A DNA stretch of 64,000 nt from IMG/VR virus record IMGVR_UViG_3300006358_000001. The stretch is one strand, 5' to 3'. The translations under genes were made by a program, and so were the position numbers. Positions 26,766 to 37,583 of the stretch are shown one piece after another (positions within the stretch are counted from its first letter, which is position 1; every line of letters begins with the position of its first letter). The notes under the pieces were generated by a model. It worked only from the letters and a program-made list of their open reading frames with translations. It did not search any database and had not been told where the DNA came from. This stretch comes from an uncultured virus (IMG/VR IMGVR_UViG_3300006358_000001) (Duplodnaviria; Heunggongvirae; Uroviricota; Caudoviricetes).

Positions 26766-28535
26766 TTACGAGGTCGCGAGGTTAAGCTGCTGAGCGAGAT
26801 CAGCGACCATCTCATCGATGGCTTCGCGATAGCGCGAAGACTCGATGGTCAGGTGCTTCAGGACCGGCGGCTCCTCAGCTTTGAAGCCGACGGTGAGGTG
26901 ACCCATCCTGATTTGCTCAGCCGAGTTACCCTCCGTCTTGAAGTTGACCTTGTAGCCGAGAATGTGATTGTCGGCGTGAAGGTCGCGAAGGAAGAACTGC
27001 ATCGTGTTCAGGATCGCCTGCACCGTGTGACCGATGATGTTGTAGCGACCAAGGAAGTAACGCAGCGTCTTCAACATGCCCAAGTGGATGTAGTCTCTGC
27101 CACGCATGACATTGTACATCATCCAGATCGGGTCTTCGCCGACGTTGTCGGTGGAGATCAGAACGAAGCCGCCGCTTGCAATCGCGAAGTCATCGCCGAT
27201 CTCACCACGCACCAGCACGCCGATGTTCGCGGCGAGCAACTCCTGCGCTTCGTTCGCGCTGTCGGTCAGATTGAAGCCGATGTCGCGGTTCGGCGACACG
27301 ATCCCCTGCACCGCTTGGTTGGCGGCAGAGTGGAACGGTGCGCCGGTCTCGTGGTCACGCCGCACCATGATGCCCGCCATGCGAGGTGCGAGCGGCCTGA
27401 TCATGATGTAGCTCGTCACCGGGTCCATCACACGGCAACCACCCGACAGTGCGATCAGGCGATGCGATTGCATCGTCTCACGCCAGTCGAAGTCGTTCTG
27501 CATCGAAGAGCCTGCGGACTCGACGATCATGTGGCCAAGCAACTGATTGCAGATCGGAGTAGCGCCAGCGACGATTGGATTCGCGCCAGTCACGATCTCC
27601 GCCTCATACTCAGCGACGGTGCCCACGACAGTCCATGTCATCGTGAACGTGGCACCAGTGCCAGCGCCAGTGCTCGCCTTGTGCGTGGCGACACCCGGAG
27701 GAATCTCAGTGCCGACGACGAAGCCGGTATTGAGAATATCAACCTGAGTGATCGCGCCGGAGCCGCCGACTTCGTCAATCGCCGCGACAGTGAGCACGAC
27801 GTCGTTGTCCATGATCAACTGTTCGCCGACGGTATAGCCCATGCCGGTCTGAGCAACTTCTGCATCAGTGCAGTTGAAGCCCGGAGGAGGAGCGGTGATC
27901 GTGGGCACCTCTTCGTACCACGCGCCCGGCAGTTCGAGCGTGACCGGACCAAGCGTGCCGTTGCTCATGCCGTAAGCGTGGCCAGTCGCGGTCACCACGT
28001 TGGGACCGCCACCCTCGAACGTCACCGGGTAGAGATGGTCCTGCACGTAGTCCGATCCCGGTGCGGTGCGCGTGATCTCGCCGACGCCGTTGGCCATCTG
28101 CGAGGTGTAGCCCGGCGCGATCAGAATGCGAGGAGTGAAGCCCAGCTTCGACGCCGACTTGAGGAACGCCCACATGCCGGTGCCAGCGATGCTGTCGCCA
28201 GCAATGTAAGAGATCGTCTTCTGCAGAGCGATGGCAGGATCGGAGTCGATGCCCTGCATGGTGCGAACCACGACGATGCGTGCGGCGAACTGCGTCTCGC
28301 CAAGCTGATCGTTGATCGCGCGAACGGCGTCAGCGAGATAGCCAGCATCGCCCAGCTTCTTTGCCTTCTTGTTGTCGTTCGAGTTCAGGAACACCGGAGT
28401 GTCGAGCGGATACGCCACCGCGTCGGCGAGCGGTGCCGGGCCGATAAGTCCGATGGTGGAAAGATCGGCGGCAAAGACGGGACGTGCGCCTTCGTCTACC
28501 TTCCGGATACTAATGCCGAAGACTGGATCAGACAT
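26766..28535 (-). CDS. Contractile tail sheath (P2 FI-like) with an internal insertion
   Basis: PRILIAPGYT, PFHSAANQ, RGRDYIH, EEPPVL. Confidence 0.92.
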   Translation of the reverse strand: MSDPVFGISIRKVDEGARPVFAADLSTIGLIGPAPLADAVAYPLDTPVFLNSNDNKKAKKLGDAGYLADAVRAINDQLGETQFAARIVVVRTMQGIDSDPAIALQKTISYIAGDSIAGTGMWAFLKSASKLGFTPRILIAPGYTSQMANGVGEITRTAPGSDYVQDHLYPVTFEGGGPNVVTATGHAYGMSNGTLGPVTLELPGAWYEEVPTITAPPPGFNCTDAEVAQTGMGYTVGEQLIMDNDVVLTVAAIDEVGGSGAITQVDILNTGFVVGTEIPPGVATHKASTGAGTGATFTMTWTVVGTVAEYEAEIVTGANPIVAGATPICNQLLGHMIVESAGSSMQNDFDWRETMQSHRLIALSGGCRVMDPVTSYIMIRPLAPRMAGIMVRRDHETGAPFHSAANQAVQGIVSPNRDIGFNLTDSANEAQELLAANIGVLVRGEIGDDFAIASGGFVLISTDNVGEDPIWMMYNVMRGRDYIHLGMLKTLRYFLGRYNIIGHTVQAILNTMQFFLRDLHADNHILGYKVNFKTEGNSAEQIRMGHLTVGFKAEEPPVLKHLTIESSRYREAIDEMVADLAQQLNLATS

Positions 28536-28567
28536 TTGATGTCTCCTTTGAGTGAAGCGTTGTTGAA

Positions 28568-28861
28568 TTAGAACGTGCTTGGAGGAGTCAGAATCTCCAA
28601 CTGCTTGACCGACAGCGCGTGCAGTCGGATCGATAGGATCATCTCAGGATCAGCGCCGCCCGCTGGCAGCGACATGATCCGAATCTCCCTGATGTAGTCG
28701 CCGACCTGAAGGTCCTGAATGATCGGCGTGACGATCACCTGCCCAACAGGATTGCAATCCATCTTCGTCGCGAGCATGCGCAACGGCGGCTGCGGCGTGA
28801 CTGAGTGCGCAGCGGGTGGCGGTGTCGTCTGCCTTCCTTCAAAGAATGCTACGTCAGCCAT
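28568..28861 (-). CDS. Hypothetical protein
   Basis: ORF in the tail operon. Confidence 0.6.
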   Translation of the reverse strand: MADVAFFEGRQTTPPPAAHSVTPQPPLRMLATKMDCNPVGQVIVTPIIQDLQVGDYIREIRIMSLPAGGADPEMILSIRLHALSVKQLEILTPPSTF

Positions 28862-29321
28862 GTCGGCTCCTTAGAATTTGCGCGAGTTGATGTTCGTCGA
28901 TCTCAAGCTCTTGCGCCAGCGCATACAGCAGCGGGCGCTTTGTATCTGGCAGCGGCGGCGGGTCCCTGAACTCGCCTTTGTCGAAGTCGAAGCGCTGCTG
29001 ACGCAGCTTCTCATGATCTCCGTCAAACGCAATCTCGATCAGCCGCGTGCCTTCAGGCCAGATGAACTCCGGCTCTTCCCGCGCGGTGGTCATCACGACC
29101 CACTCATCCTTCTGGATCAGCGGATTGAACTGGCGCAGGATCGTCACCAGCACACGATCACCCGACGGATGAACGATGCCCGTCGCCTTGCGATAGTCGT
29201 ACCAGTCCACGCCATCAGTCTTGCGCTTGCAGAACAGCAGCTTGTGGCCATCGACGTGCTGCCGCAGCGGATGGTTCTCCGGCTTGTATGCGACCCACTC
29301 TCCGTGATCGATGAACTTCAT
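28854..29321 (-). CDS. Tail fibre assembly/chaperone-like protein
   Basis: DHGEWVAYKP...DGVDWY; follows the fibre gene; paralog of 51010..51513. Confidence 0.7.
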   Translation of the reverse strand: MKFIDHGEWVAYKPENHPLRQHVDGHKLLFCKRKTDGVDWYDYRKATGIVHPSGDRVLVTILRQFNPLIQKDEWVVMTTAREEPEFIWPEGTRLIEIAFDGDHEKLRQQRFDFDKGEFRDPPPLPDTKRPLLYALAQELEIDEHQLAQILRSRHG

Positions 29322-29331
29322 CGGCGTCCCC

Positions 29332-31188
29332 TTAATAACCTGCGGCGTGCCAGCCGCCAGCGATCAGCATGTGGCACTGGCGATAACGACCGATGACGTA
29401 ATAGGCGGAATAGCAGCCGGTGATCCCGGTGATCACGCCACCGCCCCACGGCTCCTGCAGTTGATTGTAGTAGTGCTGCACGTCGCCGAGATGCGCGAAG
29501 CGGATCGTTGCGACGAGTTGATTGTAGCGCGTGTCAGCGGCATTCCACGCGTACCAGTTCGCCTGCCCGTTGACGTAGTCGTGCACCCATCCCAACGAGG
29601 AGCACCACATCTGCCCGCTGTTGTTGGTGTAGCTGCGCCATCCGCCATCGTGGCCAAGGAAGCCGATCAGTCCATCGTTGTGATGGATGTACGAATTGCC
29701 CCACGTGTTATCCCAGAACCGGATGTAGTTGGCACCACCGCCTTCGATCACCACGTCGCCGCGAACGATCAGCGGTCCATTGATGTCGGCCTGACCGTGA
29801 GAGGTCATGCCCCACGTGGTGAGGTAATGCCCCTGCGTGCTGATGCTGTAGCAATTCAGGTGGTGCATATTGACGCCACCGTGGAAGACACCTCCACCGC
29901 CAGTGAAGACGTGATTGCCGCCATCGAAGTGGTGATAGCCGTTGCCGAAGAAGATCACGCCAGTGCCGTTGCCGCGCAGCGCGTAGAGATCGCCGTTGAT
30001 GTTCAGGTTGCCGTTGATGACGCTGCTGCTTGCAGTCGTGAAGCCAGCGCCGAAGTTGAAGTGAGCGTTCGCGCGATTGATGGAGTACGCGGTGCCGAGC
30101 CACTCGCCCATATCACCGTAGCGATAGAGTGCGAAGTTCGATCCGCTGTAACCACCGCTTTCTTGTTCGGTGTTACCAAGGTCGAGCGCCCACCGGCTCG
30201 TGCCGTTGGCACCGAGACCCCACACGATACGATCCTGCCCGATGCTGGTTGGATACAACGACAACGAAGGAGTGCTGGCCTTGATCGTCAGGTTGCCAAG
30301 CATCGTGCCGCCAGCGCCGAACGCGGAGTCAACGTAGTCCTTGGTTGCCGCTTGCTCTGGCTGCGTCGGATATCCGCTCAGATAAAGCGGGCCGGTCATC
30401 GTGCCGCCGGACTTCCTCACGAGCGGATCGGTGTACTCGACGATGCGCGAGCGCACCCACTGCGTGGTCGGCATGTACGCATCGTTCGCCGTCGGCGGCG
30501 GATGCATGCCGATCTGCAGCGCCTCATAAGGCACGGTGCCGTCGCGACGAATGAACGCGTAGGCATCGAGCCCGGAGTCAGCGAGCGCCTGCGCTGCGGC
30601 CATGATCTCCGCGTGCAGGTGCACCACTTCAGCAGTGTCGGTGACGACCGTCGCGTGCATCGGCTCGATAGCGTCGTGGTAATCCTTGGTCGAGTGCGCC
30701 ATGCCCGGCGTCGATGTCACCATCCACGGCTGCGCAGATGGATCGCCGTGGATCGCAGTGACATCCATTTCCAGAATGCCGCTGGACTGTTCGTAGCTGC
30801 GCAGCTTGGCGATGCAGTAGTTGTTCTTGTCGTCGATGCCTTCGACGATCAGATACGGCGACGGCGTGAACGTGTCGCGCTGCGGACCTTCGTCAACATA
30901 GACGGCCATGTAGCCGATCTTCATCTCGTAGAGAGAGTCGGTGATCGGCGCGAGCAAGAAGCCCAGCTTGGTGACAGCGATGATGTCTTCGGTGGCCGGG
31001 ATCAGAATCTCATTCATGCGCAGCAACGCTGCGGCACGGATGTCTTCACCGATACGCTTCAGCGCTCGATCAACCTCTTCCAAGTCTTGGAAGCGAGCCT
31101 CAAGCGACGGCAGCAAGCGCTTCATATATGGAAGCAGTTGCGTGCCGGGCTTCAGTTCAAATTCTTCATCGAGCCGTTTCAGCGCCAT
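29332..31188 (-). CDS. Tail fibre / receptor-binding protein
   Basis: GGTMTG and AATKDYVD fibre repeats; tip EPWGGGVITG...RYR...W. Confidence 0.8.
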   Translation of the reverse strand: MALKRLDEEFELKPGTQLLPYMKRLLPSLEARFQDLEEVDRALKRIGEDIRAAALLRMNEILIPATEDIIAVTKLGFLLAPITDSLYEMKIGYMAVYVDEGPQRDTFTPSPYLIVEGIDDKNNYCIAKLRSYEQSSGILEMDVTAIHGDPSAQPWMVTSTPGMAHSTKDYHDAIEPMHATVVTDTAEVVHLHAEIMAAAQALADSGLDAYAFIRRDGTVPYEALQIGMHPPPTANDAYMPTTQWVRSRIVEYTDPLVRKSGGTMTGPLYLSGYPTQPEQAATKDYVDSAFGAGGTMLGNLTIKASTPSLSLYPTSIGQDRIVWGLGANGTSRWALDLGNTEQESGGYSGSNFALYRYGDMGEWLGTAYSINRANAHFNFGAGFTTASSSVINGNLNINGDLYALRGNGTGVIFFGNGYHHFDGGNHVFTGGGGVFHGGVNMHHLNCYSISTQGHYLTTWGMTSHGQADINGPLIVRGDVVIEGGGANYIRFWDNTWGNSYIHHNDGLIGFLGHDGGWRSYTNNSGQMWCSSLGWVHDYVNGQANWYAWNAADTRYNQLVATIRFAHLGDVQHYYNQLQEPWGGGVITGITGCYSAYYVIGRYRQCHMLIAGGWHAAGY

Positions 31189-31191
31189 CGG

Positions 31192-31665
31192 TTAAGCCTT
31201 CTTTGCCGGAGCCTTCGCTGATTGCGTCGCTGGCGGTGCCGGGATCGGACCAAGCACCACCGCGTTGACGATGGCTGGCTGGATCGTCGGCAGAGCGCAG
31301 ACAGCGCCGTTCATCGAGTAGAGCTTCGCAGGACTGAGAACGCGCCCGGCATACGGCACGGCAGAGCCCAGCGTCACCTCGTAGACCATCGCGGGATCAA
31401 ACGACGCCGGGACTTCCCTTCCCTCTGGCAGCGGCGGAGGAGTGCCGGAGCCAGCGAACTTCGTCACAGCATGCGGGTTGATCACGCGATCATCGATCCA
31501 TTCGCCCTTGCGCACTTCGCGCTTCGAGCCCTTGCCATCAGCGGGCCTGTAGGTGTCGCCCGGCGCTGACTTGCTGACAGGGAAGCGACTTGATCGCGCC
31601 GCCGCAACGTCTTCCCGATTCATCGGCATCACGACGTTGCGTTGTGGAAATTTCTTGGTAGCCAT
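31192..31665 (-). CDS. Hypothetical tail-region protein
   Basis: GGGAGA RBS; lies in the tail operon. Confidence 0.6.
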   Translation of the reverse strand: MATKKFPQRNVVMPMNREDVAAARSSRFPVSKSAPGDTYRPADGKGSKREVRKGEWIDDRVINPHAVTKFAGSGTPPPLPEGREVPASFDPAMVYEVTLGSAVPYAGRVLSPAKLYSMNGAVCALPTIQPAIVNAVVLGPIPAPPATQSAKAPAKKA

Positions 31666-31686
31666 TCTGGTTTCTCCCTTCGAGAA

Positions 31687-34089
31687 TTACATCAGGTTGA
31701 TGCCGATATCGACACGCTCCGACACGTGGAATGGCGTGAGCACGTTGCGCGTATAGCCAAGGCACCTGATCTTGTATCCCGTGACAGGAGCGCCGCCGAG
31801 AGCGGCGAGGTCCCACGTGCAGCGCTTGATCAGGGCGGTCGGATCATCCGGAGCGACCGAGTCTTCGACCACAGCCGGTGGACGCTGCGTCAAGTAATCA
31901 GCGCCGGTCAGAAGCAGGACCGAGAAGGTGTGCTCGCCCTCGCCTTCCATTCCACTCCCGCGCCATGCATCGAGCCGGAAATCCACGTAGACCGTGTTCA
32001 CCGGGTTCGGCATCGTCCTCGCTGTCGAGACGTGACTGAAGTCATTGCGGCCACGCTCCGTCAGCGAGCGAGAGTTGGCGGCGACACCGATGCCCGGCAT
32101 TTCATCCGTGGTGCCGACCAGCAAGCAGCGGAATTGCAACAGCGGCGGCAGGTTCACCAACGGGTTGTCGTCGTAATAGCCGAGCGGCACCCACACGCCG
32201 TTGTGCTGAATCTCGAACGAGATCGTCGTGCCCGGAGGACGCGTCGAGTCGAAGTTGAGATCGATCTGCGCAATGCCGCCGTTCAACTCCAGCGGTGCAA
32301 GCTGCACGGTGCAGCGCGTTGCCTCGAACTCCGCGAAGTTCAGCCGGAACGTCATGTCCTTCTGCAGATCACCGGATGCCCACGCGCCGTCGGTCGATGT
32401 GAACAGCGAGCCCTGCGCGAACTTGTTGTTGTGGACGCAGGCGACGAAGTGGTTGCCCGCCGTCTGCAGCACAACAGCGTAGCGCTTGCCCTTCGCCAGA
32501 TAGGTCGGCAGCACCGGGACCTTCGTCGCATAGGGATAGATGCGCAGGAGATCGGCAGGATGCGTCGAGCGAGCGATCACCTTCTGATAGTTCGGAGCGC
32601 CGATGTCGTTGCACTCGCAGATCAGCACGTGAACGTCACCGCTGGTGGCAACGCGCGTGAAGAAGATTTCCACCGACGTCAGCCAGCCGCCCTGCGAATT
32701 CAGGAAGCTCTGACCGACGACCGCGCCGTTGAGACCTTCGATGGTGACAATCTGCCGCCAGTAATAGGAGTCGATGATCTCATCCACCCAGAACTGCGCG
32801 ATGCGCAGCACGGTGTGCGTCGAGACGTCCTGCACGTCGAGGATTTGAAACGTCTCGGTGCCGCGCGTCAGGATGTTGCGGATCGGATCATAGATCAGGT
32901 CGGTGTTCGGCGTCATGCCGGTCGAACCGCCGAAGCCGTTCGCCCACTCACCCATGCCGATTGACGTCTGCCAGTCCTGACCAGACGGAGCGAACCACCA
33001 GCAACCGTTGTAGCAAACATACATCGGCGTGCCGAAGCGGATACGCGTGCGCGTGCGCGTGCACAATTCCCAACTGATGGTCTGGAATTGATACTGCGAG
33101 ATCGACAGTTCGCTGTCGTTGCCCAGCACTTCGAGCCGCGCCTTCTCGTGATAGACCGGCAGCACGAAGTTGTTCTGATTGATCACCGCCGGATCGAGCG
33201 GGTTCAGCATCGCGAATTGCGAGTCGCGCTGCGCAGCCCACGCGAAGCGAATGCCCTCCTCGACCTTGCAGAGCACGTCAGGATTCGGCGGATCAGTGTG
33301 GACGTCGGTCTCGTCGTTGGTCAGGAAGTGATCCGCGCCCCACGAGGTGTAGCTGTCGGGCAGGTTAAGTTCTTCCTTCACGCGAGCGATGTCTGCGGCG
33401 AGACGCAGCGCCAGTTGCATCGACGCGGTGCCAGCGAGACGCGCAGCCAGTGCTGCAAGGTCGGTCGCCAGCGTATCGAGCCGCGATGACGTGCGGATGC
33501 GCCAGCCATCGTTCTCGTTCATCCGGTTGTCGAGATCGCGCAGGTTCGGTGCGCGGTTCTCTTCTTCCATCTGGATCGCGAGGATGCCGGTCGAGTCCAA
33601 CAGTATCCAGCAAACCGCCAGCGTGTTCGATGCAATCGCTGGCTTCTGCGGGTCAGGACTCTCAGCGCCGACCACCGTCGAGATGTTGGCCCAGCGGCGC
33701 GACTCCGTGGAGACCACACGAGCGACAGTCGCACGCGTTACCGGATCGGTAAGGAACGTGCGCGGCTCAGTGTCGGTCTGAATCTCTTGGCCCCAAGTGA
33801 CGACGCCGACCCAGCGGCGCGTGACCACCGGGAGAACGCCGAGAAGATCGAGCGAGGTGCCGCCTTCGTTGTCGTTATAGAACACGAGACCGGCGTGATA
33901 GAGCCGACCAGCGCCGACGGTCACGACCGCTGGTGCAGTCTGCACGACAGTGAAGCCGGTGAAGGCCATGTCGGGAATGATCGTGTCGAAGACGATGTGA
34001 TCGAAGGACGCGCGAGGAAACAGGCCGAAGTTGTTGAAGTCCTCGACGGTGACCTTCTGCCAATCTTGAATATTAACTTTACGTTCCAT
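31687..34089 (-). CDS. Large baseplate / proximal fibre protein
   Basis: 800 aa, beta-rich, directly after gpI. Confidence 0.7.
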   Translation of the reverse strand: MERKVNIQDWQKVTVEDFNNFGLFPRASFDHIVFDTIIPDMAFTGFTVVQTAPAVVTVGAGRLYHAGLVFYNDNEGGTSLDLLGVLPVVTRRWVGVVTWGQEIQTDTEPRTFLTDPVTRATVARVVSTESRRWANISTVVGAESPDPQKPAIASNTLAVCWILLDSTGILAIQMEEENRAPNLRDLDNRMNENDGWRIRTSSRLDTLATDLAALAARLAGTASMQLALRLAADIARVKEELNLPDSYTSWGADHFLTNDETDVHTDPPNPDVLCKVEEGIRFAWAAQRDSQFAMLNPLDPAVINQNNFVLPVYHEKARLEVLGNDSELSISQYQFQTISWELCTRTRTRIRFGTPMYVCYNGCWWFAPSGQDWQTSIGMGEWANGFGGSTGMTPNTDLIYDPIRNILTRGTETFQILDVQDVSTHTVLRIAQFWVDEIIDSYYWRQIVTIEGLNGAVVGQSFLNSQGGWLTSVEIFFTRVATSGDVHVLICECNDIGAPNYQKVIARSTHPADLLRIYPYATKVPVLPTYLAKGKRYAVVLQTAGNHFVACVHNNKFAQGSLFTSTDGAWASGDLQKDMTFRLNFAEFEATRCTVQLAPLELNGGIAQIDLNFDSTRPPGTTISFEIQHNGVWVPLGYYDDNPLVNLPPLLQFRCLLVGTTDEMPGIGVAANSRSLTERGRNDFSHVSTARTMPNPVNTVYVDFRLDAWRGSGMEGEGEHTFSVLLLTGADYLTQRPPAVVEDSVAPDDPTALIKRCTWDLAALGGAPVTGYKIRCLGYTRNVLTPFHVSERVDIGINLM

Positions 34090-34098
34090 TTGCCTCTC

Positions 34099-35565
34099 CT
34101 AGAGAAGGTTGATGACCTGATGGTCTACCGTTGTTTCCGTCCAAGCTCTCTCGCGTAGTTCGATCAGTCGTGTCGGATCGAATGCAGTGCGCACCCGATC
34201 CCGCAGCGCCTGCGATACGACGACCGCGCGACAAGCCCGGTCAAAGTCTGCCATGTCCACTGTACTCGCAAAGTAATTGTCGTCGTTGGTGTGGCCTTCG
34301 TCAGCGAACCAACTCCAGAAGTCATCGTGCATGTGCAGGTCGATCATCAAGTCGGCAGTGTACGCAGGCCACGAGACGTAATCGACGCCGACATACGAGA
34401 TGCCGCCAGTGATGACGCCCATGATCTCCGGGTCGTGAAGGAAGACGCGATCCGCAAGCATGCGTGCTGCGTCGTATCCTGCATCGGCGTAATAGACAAT
34501 CGGGACCGGCTGCGTCGGGATCGGCGGCGGCTGCGTCGGCAGACCTGACTCCGGATACGTTATCGGATGCTCCGGCTTCGGCGGCGGCGGCAGCACCGCT
34601 GGATGTTCTGGCGTCGGCGGCTTCGGCTCATTCTCCGGCAGCGTATTGCGGTGATCGGACCAGTCGCCGACGAAGAAGAAACTGTTGCCCCAGCCGATGT
34701 CGCTCTCGCGCTCGTAGCGAACGTCGATGGGCTCCATGCCCGGCACCACCGTGTCGAGATGCAGCACGCTCTGTTCGTGATCGTAACTGCCGTCGATCCG
34801 CACCGTCACCAGTTGCGGCACCAGCGTTTCAGCGCAGACATATTGATCGTCGTTGACGAAGTCGCCTTGCAGGTAGGCCGGACCGGCGATGCCGGGAATG
34901 CAAACGCGCTCGTAGTCGATGGAGACCTCGCTGTTGATCTCCTTCGTGAAGGTGTAAATCTCCAGCGGGATATCTTTGCCGCGCACGCGCAGGAAGGCCT
35001 TACGACCATGCAGCGCCTCACCATCATCAAGCCCGACGAACCAGCCAGCGCCACCGTCACCGCAGAACAGGACGTCTTCGCCATCCCAGCCAACGCCCTC
35101 GTAGAACGTGATGCGCAACTCCGGCATCAGGTGAATCCAGTAGTCGAACGCTTCCTTGCTCATGGAAGGCGACGCCCAGAATCCCTGCGGCGGTCGTAGC
35201 ATCTCCTGAATCGTGTAGCCGGTCGGCGGCGAGAAATCGCGGCCCGAATACTTCAGCGCCATCGCGATGCCGTCAGGCGTGCCGCGCAGACTCTTGTACT
35301 CGAACTGACGCTCCACCCACTCGCGCTGCGTGGACTCGCTCCAGCCTTCTTCCCACAGCAACGCGCCCATCGCATATGCGAGATAGGGCAGATTGTTCAG
35401 CGAGATCGCATACGGGTCCCACTGGTCGTGAATGATCTCAGCGTAGGTGCCGATCAGCCGCTCACCGTCAACGTCGGCCATCGCTTTCTCAAAGCCGGTC
35501 GCGTTGCGATAAAGCAACTTTGCTCCGGGCGCTGAGATGATGCCTTCGGTGACGATATCGTTCAC
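34099..35565 (-). CDS. P2 gpI-like baseplate protein with C-terminal extension
   Basis: WDPY...LPYLAYAMG...W...KSLRGT. Confidence 0.8.
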   Translation of the reverse strand: MNDIVTEGIISAPGAKLLYRNATGFEKAMADVDGERLIGTYAEIIHDQWDPYAISLNNLPYLAYAMGALLWEEGWSESTQREWVERQFEYKSLRGTPDGIAMALKYSGRDFSPPTGYTIQEMLRPPQGFWASPSMSKEAFDYWIHLMPELRITFYEGVGWDGEDVLFCGDGGAGWFVGLDDGEALHGRKAFLRVRGKDIPLEIYTFTKEINSEVSIDYERVCIPGIAGPAYLQGDFVNDDQYVCAETLVPQLVTVRIDGSYDHEQSVLHLDTVVPGMEPIDVRYERESDIGWGNSFFFVGDWSDHRNTLPENEPKPPTPEHPAVLPPPPKPEHPITYPESGLPTQPPPIPTQPVPIVYYADAGYDAARMLADRVFLHDPEIMGVITGGISYVGVDYVSWPAYTADLMIDLHMHDDFWSWFADEGHTNDDNYFASTVDMADFDRACRAVVVSQALRDRVRTAFDPTRLIELRERAWTETTVDHQVINLL

Positions 35566-36524
35566 AGCGTGCGACCTGCCATCTTGACTTCGATCTTGTT
35601 GACGCGGACCACCCAGTCGAGCGGCACGAAGATGTCTTCCGTCGGTTCGACGATATCGACATGGTGCACGCCGGGCATTGCGCAGCAAGCATTGATCGCC
35701 ATCAGAGAGTGATCGTGCCCAAGCCAGTATTGCTCAGTCACCAGCGTCGAGAGGTTCGCCTCGATCTTCTCCATGCATTGATCCTGCAGCGTGCCGGGAT
35801 AGAGCCACACCGCGATCCGATAATTGATGTCCTTGATCTTCGGCTTGTTCACCGAGATCACATCGGTCAATCCCATGCGCGACAGCGTCTGGATGTACGC
35901 GCGGATGCGGACCAGCGCTTCATCAGCAGGAGCGGGATCGGCAGGCGGCTGCATCAGGCACGTGATCAGAATTGTCGGATAGTAATCGTGCGTCACCTTG
36001 CGCTGTGCCGTGACGTCGCGCAGCGCTGGATACGCGGTCAGCGCCCAGAATTCATACGCCTCTGCGGTGCCGTGCGGGCTCAGCGTGTTCGGGCTCAGCC
36101 AGATACGCCGACGATATCGATCATCGGGCTCGCCCTCCTGACGCGGTACGCCACCGGGATAGCGCGATGCAATGGCGTCGAGATCGGTGCCGATGGCATA
36201 GGCCAGCGTGATCGAGCGAGCGGCCTGATTGACGCGATCTCTCAGCATCAACTCGAAGTAGGTGCACGCCTCTTGATTGATCTTGATCGGATCGAATTCG
36301 AGATTCTCGACATCGTACTGCGCAGCCATCGGCGGATCGTACTTCGCCCACAACTGCTTGAAGCGGATCATCCGCGTCTCAAGGATGTCTTCGGTGCTGA
36401 TCTTCTCCAGCACGATCATGGGCTGCAGGTTGGCCGGGATCAGGACGGAGATGCGCTCGCTCAGACGCGAAGCAATCGCCTGCCCTGCCTTCGTGCCGCT
36501 GCCCATGTCATAGATGTCGCTCAT
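35562..36524 (-). CDS. Baseplate J-like protein
   Basis: RDRVNQAA, AIGTDLD, EPDDRYRRRI, AYEFWAL. Confidence 0.92.
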   Translation of the reverse strand: MSDIYDMGSGTKAGQAIASRLSERISVLIPANLQPMIVLEKISTEDILETRMIRFKQLWAKYDPPMAAQYDVENLEFDPIKINQEACTYFELMLRDRVNQAARSITLAYAIGTDLDAIASRYPGGVPRQEGEPDDRYRRRIWLSPNTLSPHGTAEAYEFWALTAYPALRDVTAQRKVTHDYYPTILITCLMQPPADPAPADEALVRIRAYIQTLSRMGLTDVISVNKPKIKDINYRIAVWLYPGTLQDQCMEKIEANLSTLVTEQYWLGHDHSLMAINACCAMPGVHHVDIVEPTEDIFVPLDWVVRVNKIEVKMAGRTL

Positions 36525-37084
36525 TCCTTCGCTCCCGGTATCGTCGGCGTCGTCCCGATGCCGCCTTCAGGCGCACCGCCGATGTTGCCGACTCGCCCTT
36601 CCCACAGATTGTAACCACGTGACACCAGACCAACGCCACGACGAACTTGCGGCTGGCTGTTGCCGAGATGGCCGCGCGGTCGATAGGTGCCTTCCATCGA
36701 CGTCTGCAGCTTGCCGGTGCGAAGCTCCTCCGGCGACGTCATCAGCGAGCCGTCGGAGCGGTTGGCGACGCGCACGCGGTTGATGCGGTAGTTCGGCTCC
36801 CACAGATCGATGCCTGTGCAGATCGCGAAGTAGAAGCGAGCGATGGTTGGCTCATCCGCATTCTGACCAATCAGGTGAGGTACGAATGAGCCACACCACC
36901 GACGCAGAACACGCTCGTGATACTTCGTTGAGAAGATCAGCAGCATGCTTTGGATCACGTGATCCCACCCGGTCAGCATCTTGCCGGTGTAGCGATCCAC
37001 ACCAATGCGGACCGGGCTTAGGACGATGTGGCCGTACTTGAGGTCCGGCCACATGTCCAAGTTGGGATCGTAGACGTAGGCCAT
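36521..37084 (-). CDS. Baseplate wedge gpW/gp25-like protein
   Basis: GVDRYTG...HVIQS...RVLRRWCGS...WEP. Confidence 0.88.
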   Translation of the reverse strand: MAYVYDPNLDMWPDLKYGHIVLSPVRIGVDRYTGKMLTGWDHVIQSMLLIFSTKYHERVLRRWCGSFVPHLIGQNADEPTIARFYFAICTGIDLWEPNYRINRVRVANRSDGSLMTSPEELRTGKLQTSMEGTYRPRGHLGNSQPQVRRGVGLVSRGYNLWEGRVGNIGGAPEGGIGTTPTIPGAKE

Positions 37085-37087
37085 GCG

Positions 37088-37564
37088 CTACTCCGCCGGG
37101 CGGCTGAAGTAGCTGCCGGGAGTCTTGTCATCCGTCTTCGGCGGCTCCGGCTTCTTCGGCTCCGGCTTCTTCGGCGCAGCCTTCTTGTTGCTCTTCTCAT
37201 CCTTCTTCCGCGCCTTCAGCATTGCGTTGCGACGCTGCGTTGACAGCGGCACCTTCAACGCCATGCCCGGAGCGCCGGACTGAATCTGCCGGTCGTACTT
37301 CGGCAGCTTCTTCGGGTCCTCATCGGACTCGCTCCGACCGCGCGTGACCTGCGCGATGAACTTCTTGCCAGCATCACTCACTTCGTTGAGCGGCAGGAGA
37401 CCGGCGATCCCCTGATCAATCCAGTATTGCATCGTCATCTGCGGAGCCATGACGTGCAAACCCTTGTCGTCCTCGACGACACGCAGACGACCAAGCTCGT
37501 CGCCAGCGTGAAGGCCGGGATCGTAGACGTAGAACTTCCGAAGAACTGCAGATGTAGGTGCCAT
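37088..37564 (-). CDS. Hypothetical protein with a K/P-rich tail
   Basis: AGGAG RBS; lies between gpV and gpW. Confidence 0.65.
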   Translation of the reverse strand: MAPTSAVLRKFYVYDPGLHAGDELGRLRVVEDDKGLHVMAPQMTMQYWIDQGIAGLLPLNEVSDAGKKFIAQVTRGRSESDEDPKKLPKYDRQIQSGAPGMALKVPLSTQRRNAMLKARKKDEKSNKKAAPKKPEPKKPEPPKTDDKTPGSYFSRPAE

Positions 37565-37583
37565 GTGACTTCTCCTTTGAAGA

